In this document: positions 25,600 through 37,752 of the stretch, in pieces
Layout: each line of letters opens with the position of its first letter
How positions within the stretch are numbered: the first letter of the stretch is position 1
NCBI GenBank assembly: GCA_016748015.1
Contig: JAAOMT010000263.1
Span: forward strand, 7,899-71,898
Direction of reading: 5' to 3'
Source: Geosiphon pyriformis uo1
Lineage: Eukaryota; Fungi; Glomeromycota
Length of the DNA: 64,000 nt
Position numbers and translations under genes: made by a program
The notes under the pieces: generated by a model
Seen by the model: the letters and a program-made list of their open reading frames with translations, nothing else
Told to the model about the DNA's origin: nothing
The model's database searches: none

Positions 25600-27876
25600 G
25601 CTTTCTTAAGCACACTTGTTATTCGTTGAAATGGTTGAATCTTAAATGAATATTCAGATTAAATTCAAATCCTATTTAAATTCTTTATAATAAATCTATG
25701 GCTTTTTTAAATAAAAAATATTTTAAGCTAATATTTATTTATTTTATTTATTTTTAAAAATTAACAATTGAAATTTTAAAGCTATGTATTATTTATTCAT
25801 AGCAAAAAAATATATAAAATTAAGAATTAAAATTAAGAAAAGATTTTAATTTACACATTTACCAATTTTTCTAAAGTTGTTTATTACAATAATTAGGCTA
25901 AAAATTTAATATTATTTACAAAATTTGTTTTTATTTGATTAAATTTATTAGATTTATTTGTATCAAGTTTTAAAATTAACACTGAAAAAATTTTTTATTT
26001 CCCATTCTAATATTCTTTTTATTTTTGAACACTAAATTCATTTTGTACGCAATAAGTTATACGTTCCTTAATTTTTTCAATAAAAAAGTTCACATGTTCA
26101 TTTGTTTGATTTGACTGGATTACTTTGAATAGAATTTGGGAATCCCATTCCCAATTTTTTTTTGCTAAATCCGTCCAACGCGAAATTTTACCAATATTAA
26201 AAGATTCGATTTTGCCCTTTATAGGCAATCGAAAAGGCAATTTCATTGACAAAACGACTACGGTTTCAAATTATATTTTTAAATGACAATTTGACCATGC
26301 GACATAGTTTTTTTTTAGATTAAAGTAATAATGTGTGTACTAAAAGAGAGGCTAATTTGTATCCAGATTTCTTGATAGTCTTGAGAAGGAACACATTTTT
26401 GCTAATTTTACTGACAATTGATTGGTTGGTAATTGTCTTCAAACGCTATCTTCATCAAAACACGTTATTTTAACAGCTTGTACAATTCCTGCACTCCTTT
26501 ATTTGATGAAAAGTTTCAAATACGATTAAGCGTAAAATTTATGAAAAACTAGTGCCAAATTTAAAAATTCATCAATGTTCACCGTAACTATTTTAACTTT
26601 TTAATAACTAATAATATAAAAGAATTACAATTTTCAATTACGATACTAAATATTGTTGTCTATTTCAGACAAATTTAGTTCATTTACACCACTATTCAAG
26701 CCGTAAATTCATTGAACTCAATGATAGAATGAAACAGAATTCAATTTTAAAAAACCTAAATAATTAACGACAAAAAGGAACTTTTAATGAGCTGTCCCAT
26801 GTTCAAACAAACTTTAACTAAACCTAATCGGTCACTACCCTGAATAGATTTCAATATTAATATTATGCAGCCACAATCAATAATAACTTTACATGTTTAA
26901 CGGAATAAAAAAATTCTGAAACAGAAAATTTGAAAATGTTAATATCTCCTAATTATCAATTTTTCAATAAATCCAAGTATTATTGCTATTGAAGAGGGTA
27001 AAGGGTAATATTATTAAAGAAAATTATCAAAATTGACAAAATTCTAAATAATATGTAGATTAAAATTAAGAAACTCTAAAATTTTCAGGGTCGAAAATCT
27101 AAGCCAAAAATCAATATCTCTTTTTAGGCAACACCATGATAACTATTATTAAAATTTCAATTAATATAAAATAATAAAGAATAACTGCGGCCTTTGTTTC
27201 ATTTCCCGATTTCGGTCTTTTTGCATTTGAAACTGTTCATCATGCATGAATCCCTCCCGTTTAAAGTTAACACGAACTAATTTTATTTAACCCGACAAAT
27301 TATGTCCATTAAAAACAGACTTCTGTGACACCTCTTCTCAATAGAAAAATAATCTTAATGTTCACATTTCGTTGATCATCGCAAAAAATTATTTTGAATC
27401 CCTTTATCTTCAAACACACGAAATACAAATTTAAAATTCAGAGTTACATTCTCGTCACATCTTGACTGTTGTGACTGATATGGGATTCGATATTTTAAGA
27501 CAATTTAAAATTTAATTTCGTTTTATAAATACATTTATATATATATACGCTCAACCACTCATGAGGAGGATTATCTTAATCCTTTTTTGTATTTTAAATT
27601 TTCTTATAATTCAGACCAATTACAATAATAGAAATACATGCAATTAGTCGTTACTGTTAATTCAAAAATTAAATTAAAATTACCAAAACTACCTAAATTA
27701 CATTTAATAAAAAATTGACAACCAATTTTAATTTTAATCTTTTCTTTTCATCCTTCCTCCTCCTTCATAATTCTCTTTTTCGTTCCACCTACTCCCAGTC
27801 TTCTTTCTTTTTTCAAGTGTTTAATACTTAAACCAAATTCTTTAAATAATAGAAGCTTAAAGTAAAATTTTTAAAG

Positions 27877-29877
27877 ATGCCTGATATCAAAGGTTTTATG
27901 GAAGGTTTGCTTGAGTACGTATCTTTGAATTTCGCAAATTTTGCCAGTGGTTTTCATTGGAAAACTGAAAACTAAATCCTTTGCCTCCCAATATTTTAAG
28001 ATATGAAACATTCAAAATTGTAAAAGTACAAGAGTAAGTCACTCATCTTTATCGGAAGCAAAGCTTAGAATAGAAAAAAAATTCAGAATAACAAAACCTT
28101 TTTATCTACTTTACTAGCAAGCGTCTAGGCGTGATATATCGCGCTTTTCAGATTGCTATATTTGTTTATATTATTTATAAAATCGTAATGGATCAAGGTT
28201 ATCTTAAAAAGGTGAGTATTTTTTATCAAACCTTGCTATTCTTTAAAAATTTATTCCTAAAAGTATTTTCCTTTTTTTAAGGAACCTCCGGTACCTGGTG
28301 CTGTGAGAATGTCCTTAAAAGCCCCCAAAACATTGAGCACACCAGACTATTGTGATGGCGCTTTACCATGTGTGTATTGGGGAGCAAATGATAGTAAGTA
28401 AATTTTTGGAATTCATCTTTTATAAATTTCAAAAACGAGATTCGGTTTTGATTAGAATATATATTGCCAGTTCTATATCCAAGTGATGGAGCAGGAACAG
28501 GGTTTTTTACCACAAGAGTAGCAGTCAATAGATACAACCCCGAGAACAATTGTACCTTTATAAAAGCTTCACGAGCTGACGACCCCTGCATTTTTGATTT
28601 AAGCAAAACCAAGAATGAAACCCTTCTTGGAAAATCTTATATTGCCGATATCGAAAACTATACGGTATGTTTGGAGAAAGCATATTCAATTTTTCTTGTG
28701 ACATTATCGATTGATTCAAAAAAAAATTGTACCCAATTTTTAGGTCATGATCGAGCATTCAATTAGAGGTCAAACCACCTCAATCGGATTACGTAATGGG
28801 CTTATGGATGGCAAATTGGTAAACTCTAAAGGAAAGACTGTGAAAACATGGACAAATGCTACACGGGTAGGTGGCGTCTTTTTTTAATTACTTTCAAATG
28901 ATAAAAGTCTCATGAAAATCAAAATCTTAGACAGCTGAGAACCCACAAGCAGACGGTGATATTCTAACAATCAAGGAAATATTAGACGCAGCCGGGGCCA
29001 ATTTGGAAGGTAAGAAAAAAGTATCCGTTTCAAAAGATTATTTTCCGAATGATTTTCTTGCAACCAATTTATTCAAATATTTACTTTTGAATTGTTTTTT
29101 TTCTTTAGCAAATTCAACAGCTCCCGGTGCTAAAAAAGGTGAAACTTATCGATCGTCTGGTATAGTAATTGTAATTGTAATTGATTACAAAAATGTTCCA
29201 TTCAAGGTAAAAAAAATTGTGTTTGAGTTTGTTTCTCGTTTACCGTCTCTTTTAAAAATCTGGAAACTCTCGTTGTAGGATAATGTCATTAGCTACACAT
29301 ATTACCCGCAGATGATAGATGGTAACGAATACAAAACCACCGAAAGTATATATCAATCAGATGGCTCTTATATAATAAAGGACCGACACGGGTAAGTTTT
29401 AAATGATTAATTTGCCAAAATTCTTCAGAGCTTTAAAAAAAAGTTCCATTGCAGTATTCGTTTGGTGTTCCAACAATACGGCTCAATCGGTGTATTTGAC
29501 TTCATTTCACTTCTCCAAAACATTGTCGCTGGTTTCGCACTCTTTGTGAGTATTTAATAGAGCATGTCCAAAATTGCATTTATTGGGACCAATATTTTAT
29601 TATCCGAATTCTAATTAACTCACAAATTTAGTCGTTGGCAACCCTACTCGTCGAAATCCTCATGTTGCAATTCCTTCCAGAAAAGAAAGATTACGAAGAG
29701 TGGAAATTTGAGACGACACACGATTTTGATCTACATCGAAAAGAGAAACAAAAAAAAATTCAATCCCCTGAAGATGAAACCGCGGAGAATCAGGCTTATT
29801 ACAATCAAACTTCTCCAGGGTATAACGCTGCTTCTAATTCGAACTATTATAATCCAAATATGTTTGCCACCCAATAA
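27877..29877 (+). CDS. P2X purinergic receptor-family ion channel (11 exons, 406 aa)
   Basis: Exons 27877-27914, 28001-28033, 28118-28211, 28282-28393, 28471-28664, 28744-28866, 28931-29009, 29109-29206, 29279-29391, 29455-29545 and 29632-29877. All introns are GT-AG and in phase. Hallmarks: N-terminal YETFK (YxTxK), DKRLG followed by TM1, GYLKKE, VRMSLK, RHGIRLVF..G.IG.FD followed by TM2, C-terminal YEEWK (YxxxK). Confidence 0.92.
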
Positions 29878-32357
29878 AATATTTAAAACGAATCATGGAA
29901 AATTTTCAATTTAATTAACTTAATTTCATGATACCTTGATTTTACAAAAGCATTTTAGATTCTTGGGAGTGTTGTGTTGAAAATTACCTTTTCTTGCTTG
30001 TATAATATTTTATAATAGCATCTTTTATATAAGGACCTTATTTATTTAATGACCCCAATTTTAATATATAGATCAATTTTAGTTTAAATCAGAAGTTAAA
30101 TAATTCATTTCTAGGCGTGAATCAGCCTATATATTTATAGCTCTTAAAAGGGTTCAAACTATTAAACGGTGAATTTAGGTTGAATATAATTGGTTATCAG
30201 TGTGACTGACTATTTTTGAGTATGTTTTAATTACCAAAATGTTTAAAATTGTGAATTTGTGCTTATACATTATGACACATATTAAGATTTATGTTATTTT
30301 CTGCTTTTAAAACATCTAAACTTTTATGTTATAATATGTTTTGACATTGAAACCTGAAGTGCAAAATAGATTTTTTTAAAATTTCTTAAAACACAGGATT
30401 TATAATATTAAGTTCATGTTCAAAAATGAAGACATTAACAATTTTATTTTTGCTAACATCTTTATATCAGGATATTTAGTTTAAAACAAAACCAATATTT
30501 TTTTTCATAATTTTTGTTCATAATTTTGTTTATTGCTTTATTTTAGGCATTGATTCTAATGTCATTTTCAAGAAATCCAAGTTGCAAAAAGTTTTTATTG
30601 CTAAATAAATATTATTCATTAAATAATTTTTTGAAAACATCTAATTTGAATTATGTTAAAACTAAATATTTTAGATTATTTAAATAGATATTTAAATAAA
30701 TATATAAATAAATATAAATAATAAAATAAGCCAAAAAAACCAGCATAACATAATTATTAGAAGTATATGTGTATTTCAAATTCATTTAATTAATTAGTTT
30801 CAAAATATAAAAATATTTAAAATGTAAGATAATAAGATAGCTTTTTTAAATTAAGAATTAATATATACAAAAAATAATCTTTTATAAATAAATTTTTTTT
30901 GTAATTTTATAGTTATTTTAAAAAATTATTCAATTTAATATAAAATAGTTTTTCAATTCGTATTTGTAATAATAGTAGTTTTTTTCCAAAGTATATGTAA
31001 TGTAACTTTTTTAAAACTTTTTTTAGAATGTTTTTTTTTTAAAAAAAACTATTCATGTGATTATTTGTAATGTATTTTGATATTTTAATATGCATAAATA
31101 TAGTTTTTTAATAAATTATTGTTTTTAGTCTAAAATAAAATTAAACTAAGAATAAAAACAGCAATAGATGTGAATCAAAGATCATTTTTTTTCAAGGGTT
31201 TTAAATTCCTATGAAAGTTTATTTTCTTCTATTAGCTTTTATAAATACTTTGTGAAAAGTAAAAATTGATAAGCAATAATTTTTGTGTTATAGTAAAATA
31301 ATTTGATTGACAAAAAATTTTAATTATTTTAAATAAATTTTTTATTAATTTGGCTTATGTTAATTACATCATTAACCATAATTATTTTTACTGATTTTTT
31401 TACTGGATAATAGCTTTAATACTTCAAAATAAGCATTTGTATTTTTGATAACGCTATTTTTTTTAATTAATCAAATATTAATCTGATATGTTTTAAAAAA
31501 TTGTATTTATTTGTTTTTATAATTTATTTAATAAAATACCTGTTAAAAATAACCCACTATTTATTATTTACTTTTAAAAATGCTAATCGAAACAAAAAAT
31601 ATACTATTACAAATTAATTTAACAAGTTACAGATAGCAAAAGTAAATTTAATCAAGTAAATCTTGACAAAAAGTAAATTAAATGTAAATAATTTAATTGA
31701 TGTAATTAATCTTAAATTATAGCTATTTATTTTTTTAAATATTAGAAAATAAAAAAAAATTTTGTAATTGTTATTAAAAACTAATATAATATTCGTAAAT
31801 TGAATTATTAATAAAAAATAATAAAAATAAATTAAATAACTGTTATTTAGTAAATAAAAAACATTGAAATAATAATTGAATTAATCTTAAAAATTAAGAA
31901 TAATTTTATTGTTTAAATTTCAATTAGTAATAAAATATACTTGATAAAAAAATTAATAACCAAGTCAACAACTAAATTAACAATTCGGTTTTAATTAGAT
32001 AAATAATTTATTTATTATGAAAATTAATTAAAAAGTCAAAAATTAATTTTAAAAATAAAATAACTAATGTTTAAATAAATAAATTTTTAAATTGAATTTT
32101 TTTTATAGAAGTGTAATGCATAAAATTCAAAAAATTTGATCTATTCATTTTTTAGCTGTTAATACAAAAATTATATTCAATTGTTTGAGTAATATTGGTT
32201 TAGTATGCATTTTTAATTAAAAACTAATGTAAATGGGAAAAAATAGATTAAAATCTTTTTATCTGTGAAAATCAATTGCAGATTAAGAGATAAACGATTG
32301 CGTCATAAATTCTGCTATAAGCATGTGAACCTTTCAGCTACTGCTTTCTGGACATTC

Positions 32358-33904
32358 ATGGCGCCCCAACAACTCTTCCACGATTTGTCTTGTGATTTTG
32401 GGAGCCTATTTAATAATCAAAAATGTTCTGACATTAGAGTTATCGCTGGTGATGGACCTAATACGATAACTTTTCACGCTCATGGGTTGGTCTTAGCAAC
32501 AAGATCTCGTATTTTGCCGCTGCCCTCTCTAGTAATTTGGTTCAAAGAGAAAATGACATTATTCTTTTTTCTAAACCTAATATTTCTCCTCAAATTTTTG
32601 AGGTGATACTTCGGTGAGTTTAGTTTGTTCAATATCCATTTATTAGTATTTTATTTCTAGTATTTAATATTTTTTGGTTTTTGTTTAGATACATGTATAG
32701 CGGTGAAATAGAACTTGACGAATACGGAGTGCCTATAATTTTAGAATTTTTCGTTGCCGCTGAAGAGCTCATTTTGGAAAAGCTCATTAACCACCTTGAA
32801 GACTACTTAATTGAACACCATGCAAAAGAGTTGAAAGAAAATTTTCTCACTTTACGTGAAACATCATACAAGTATCCCTCCTTTAAAAAGCTACAGAATT
32901 TCTTTACCGAAATAGCTGTTAAAAATTCAGCTGCGATCTTCAACTCTCGAGATTTCACCTCGCTTGATAAAAGTGTTTTAGTTTCATTTCTACAAGGAGA
33001 TCTCTTTGATTTGCGAGAAGCTGAAATATGGGAAAAGGTTGTGGAATGGGGAGTTGCTAAATTGGCTAACAAGATTGATATAAAAGAAATCTCTAACTGG
33101 ACGGATGAAAACTTTGAAGTCTTTAAGGAGATAATTGAGGAATTTCTACCTTTAATCCGGTTCTTTCATATATCTTCCGTTGACTTCTAGTACATAGTAA
33201 AACCGTTTGAAAAAATCTTACCCGAAACTTTATATGAGGATTTTTTACCTCATTATTTGGTACCGGGGAGTCATCAAATGTCTGTAGACGCTCAGCCATT
33301 ACGTTGTTCTCAATTAAATGTTGATTCGAAGCTTCTTTGATTGCATAATGTAGAGCAGCTTGATCACTGGATTCAGGGTAAAGACGAAAATACTCCTTTC
33401 TAAAACCAACTTGAATATGATTTTGATTTGTTACTTCGAGGCAGTCGAGACGGATTCAGTCCAGCTGATTTTCATCGATTATGCGATAATAAAGGAGCAA
33501 CAGTTAGTGTTATCAAAGTGAAAGGAACTGGTCAACTGATCGGCGGGTATAACCCACAATCTTGGTCTTGCAAAAAATGGTTAGATGGAAAGGGAAGTTT
33601 TATTTTTTCCCTTGGAGATGGCAAAGCTGAAAATGCTAAACTTAGCAAATCTATTTCCGAGGATGGACCTTATGATAGCCCAAATCGTGGACCCGAATTT
33701 GGCGAGCTTAGTATTATAATGAAAAGTGAAGATTTTCAAAATAAGCCTGGATGCTCTTGTGGAAAGGATACAGAATATGAGCACGCGATAATGCCTAATT
33801 TAGAAAATGGAAAAGTAAACTTCTTAGTTGAGGAATATGAAGTTTTTCAAATTAGAAAGCATGAAACTCGTTGTTATTTCCGTTTACCATATTTTAAATA
33901 CTAA
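32358..33904 (+). pseudogene. BTB-BACK-TLDc pseudogene (copy A)
   Basis: Exon 1 (32358-32613) is 256 nt versus 257 nt in the intact paralogue, a 1-nt loss near 32505. Exon 2 starts at 32689 and has in-frame TAG 33188, TGA 33338 and TAA 33401. TLDc motifs LLRGSRDGF..FH..CD, GGY, FIFS, GP.FG, EYEVF. Confidence 0.85.
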
Positions 33905-36900
33905 AATTTTTTTTTATGTCTTCCCCACCTCTTTAAGGGCTAGTGGATTTCCCAGCTCATATAAATCAAATAATTGAGTTTTTCTATTTTCTAAAGTTTA
34001 TATCGAAAAGGGCTTCCTATTTTAGAAATTTGCACGAGTAAAGTATTCTATAGCCTATTACTCTAAGTATACAATAAATAACAGAATGGATATGAAATAT
34101 TTATTCATTTATTTTAATGATCAGAACATTCTGAATATATGAAGCTTTTTTTTGAATAACATTAGTTAGAGCTTGGAAAAATAATAAAAATATTGCTCAT
34201 TTAAAATTCTTTGAGTTCACTTTTTGAAGATATTAAACCATAAAATGCTTCAAGATCTTTTTATTTATCGTGTTATTCATTAAATGGCATTAGAAAAGTC
34301 ACTTCTGCATGTTTCAGCATGATTATAGTTGTTCGCTATTCAAAGTGTAAATTTAGATTTAATATAAATAAATGGCGAAGGTACTGGGAAATGGCAATTA
34401 CTTGAATGATTTAATCATGGTTATCTTAAAAATATATTTATTTTTTATGGCTGCATAATTCATTCTAACAAAGCCAATCCAGAACCTTAATTGAAAGATT
34501 AATAGGTAATTCTGCTAAAACAATGCTCAACAATAAAATCTTGCATAAAAAGAGTTTTTTTTATTTACTAGCAAGAAACGATCGCTAGGCAATCAACATG
34601 CTATTCATTCAATCTTTATAATGATTTTTATGAATCAGATTATAAAAAGTTTATTGTTAGAACAATCCATTAAATTCTTATTTGCTAAATTCTGATGAAC
34701 ATTAAATATTAAATAATCATAAGTGACTTATGTTATTCAAAAATATTTATTTATGATGAAAACTTCAATGTTTTTTAAATATCTAGCATTTGAAAGGCAA
34801 TACTATTTTTAAGATTTAATTCGAGTTCACATATAAAATAAATATATTGTCAGTTTAATATTTCGGACAAAAAATGTATTTAATCATGATTATAACAAAG
34901 CATTTAAACAAAAAAAATGGTATTTTGCTGATTTTGTGAATAAAGCTTCCAATAAATCAAGAATATTTTATATTTTGAATTCATAAACAATTAGCTCAAT
35001 ATTCTAAATTAATAAATGGGTAAATATTATTTTTGAATATAATTCAAGTTTGTTGGCCTGAAAATTTAAAATTAATAATTTCCTTACTGTTTAAAATAAA
35101 ATTAATTCATATTAAATAATTGAGCCTGAAATGACAGTTAGTTGCATAGTACAATAACACAAAATAATTATGCCTGAATATGTACATGGTAACAATCCAT
35201 GATAAAGCACATAATATTATGTGTTTTCCATTTTCTTATGTTCATTCACATATTAGGTTTTGTAACGTTCGACTTCCAGTATTATCTATTTGCCAATTTC
35301 AACTCATTACACAATTTGAATGAAATAATAATGAGCTCTACGATTGAATTTAAATGGTTATCATTTTTTCACTGCTCGAATGAAGGCTTAAAATAATATT
35401 GAATTCATTCTAATCAGGATGATAAATTGATAGTGATAAACTATTATTGATTATTTTAATTTTACTTTAGGCATTTTGCCAAATTCTTTAATTTCTTTTA
35501 TGAAGCTTTATGGTTTATTTACTTAACATAAAATTAAATATTAGTATGTAAATATAATATATAAAAATAAGATATAAAAATCAAAGATTTTTCCTCTTGT
35601 TTGCTTTATTTGTTCACAAAATGCTTTATCTTCAATATTGTTTTACTGCCTTTTTTTGAGCAAAATTGGTATTAAAATATTTTCAAGAACTACAATCTAA
35701 AAACCATTAATTTTCTGAACATCAAAATTTGTAGGATTTTCAAGTGCATAATTCGAGGAGATTTTATGATTTCCTCTTTCAATCTTTCTATTGAAAAATA
35801 TCAGATATAACAAAATGTATCCTTTATTAATGATTTTTTAAAGGCAACAAGCTTAATTATATTTGATCTTATTAACATTAATTAGCTGAATTAAATTTTT
35901 GGATTTGATTAAATTGGTTAACTCATTATGTTTAAATATAATATATATTAAATTATTGGTGTAAAACTATCTTGTTCGTATCTTACAAAGATATGAATAT
36001 TTTTTAATAATATAGAATATATTTTAACTTGAAATAATTTTCAAAGTGGTTAAAAGATTTGGCACAAACCTCAATTGAAATTAGATACACTGATTTTTGA
36101 AATAATATTTCATATCTAATTCTGTGTCTTTATTGTAGAGCTTATAGTAATAAGTTCTAAAAGAATCTTTTCCAAAATAGGGAACCCTATTAATATAAAC
36201 TTTAGAAAATATAAAAACTGAATTAATTAAATTATATAACCAATTTTAATGTTTCTGATTTCTGATTCGAAAAACTTCATATTCCTCAACTAAGAAGTTT
36301 ACTTTTCCATTTTCTAAATTAGGCATTATCGCGTGCTCATATTCTGTATCCTTTCCACAAGAGCATCCAGGCTTATTTTGAAAATCTTCACTTTTCATTA
36401 TAATACTAAGCTCGCCAAATTCGGGTCCACGATTTGGGCTATCATAAGGTCCATCCTCGGAAATAGATTTGCTAAGTTTAGCATTTTCAGCTTTGCCATC
36501 TCCAAGGGAAAAAATAAAACTTCCCTTTCCATCTAACCATTTTTTGCAAGACCAAGATTGTGGGTTATACCCGCCGATCAGTTGACCAGTTCCTTTCACT
36601 TTGATAACACTAACTGTTGCTCCTTTATTATCGCATAATCGATGAAAATCAGCTGGACTGAATCCGTCTCGACTGCCTCGAAGTAACAAATCAAAATCAT
36701 ATTCAAGTTGGTTTTAGAAAGGAGTATTTTCGTCTTTACCCTGAATCCAGTGATCAAGCTGCTCTACATTATGCAATCAAAGAAGCTTCGAATCAACATT
36801 TAATTGAGAACAACGTAATGGCTGAGCGTCTACAGACATTTGATGACTCCCCGGTACCAAATAATGATGTAAAAGATCCTCATATAAAGTTTCGGGTAAG

Positions 36901-37043
36901 ATTTTTTCAAACGGTTTTACTTTGTAGTAGAAGTCAACGGAAGATATATGAAAGAACCGGATTAAAGGTAGAAATTCCTCAATTATCTCCTTAAAGACTT
37001 CAAAGTTTTCATCCGTCCAGTTAGAGATTTCTTTTATATCAAT
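33074..37043. repeat. 775-bp near-perfect inverted repeat (33074-33848 vs 36269-37043) with a ~2.4-kb spacer
   Basis: By-eye comparison found 4 mismatches, all in the first ~180 bp. The ORF track gives identical TLDc translations on opposite strands. Confidence 0.92.
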
Positions 37044-37752
37044 ATTGCTACCCAATTTAGCAACTCCCCATTCCACAACCTTTTCCCAAATTTGAGATTC
37101 TTCCATGATAAGGTAATTCCGGGATAAAATCGAAGAAAGAAAACTTTTATTAAGGGAGGTGAAATCTTGGGATCTGAAGATTATAGCTGGACTTTTAGCA
37201 GCTATTTGGGTGCAGAATTCTTGTAGCTTTTTGAACGAATCATGCATAAATGATGTTTCATGCAAAGAGGCAAAGTTTTCCTCTAGCATTTTTGCATGAT
37301 GTTCAATTAGATAGTCTTCCAGGTAGTTTGTGAGATTTTTCAAACTGAGCTCATCAGCAGCAACAAGCAATTCCAAGATCGCAAGTATTCCGTGTTCTTC
37401 AAGAGAAATTTCGCCATTATAAATATATCTGTCCAGAAAAATAGAACAGGTGAATCATTTGAGTTAAATACTGTTAAGGAAACTAAATATACCTACCTAA
37501 GAACCACTTCAAAAATTCTAGGTGGTATATTGGGTATGTGGAGAATAATGGTATTATTTTCTCTTTTAACACAATCATTAGAGAGTCCCTGACAAAATAT
37601 GATGATCTCGCTCCTAAAATTGGCGAATGAGCATTAAAAGTTCTGGTGTTTTGTGTCTTGCCCACGACAATTTTAACATCAGAGAAATTTTGATTATTCA
37701 ATAAGCTCCCTAAATCCTGAGATAAAGCCTGGAAAAGTTGTTGGGGTGCCAT
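36246..37752 (-). pseudogene. BTB-BACK-TLDc pseudogene (copy B), convergent with copy A
   Basis: Exon 1 (37752-37497) is 256 nt, with a 1-nt loss after SSYFV. Exon 2 starts at 37428. TGA at 36777-36779 and TAA at 36714-36716 fall at the same codons as in copy A. Confidence 0.85.

Noticed and set aside
33188-33403. Stop read-through, RNA editing or an alternative genetic code rescuing the BTB-TLDc copies
   Set aside because: Three different stop codons occur, TAA and TGA terminate intact genes in this window, and the TAA corresponds to CAA in the intact paralogue. Nonsense mutation is the simpler explanation.
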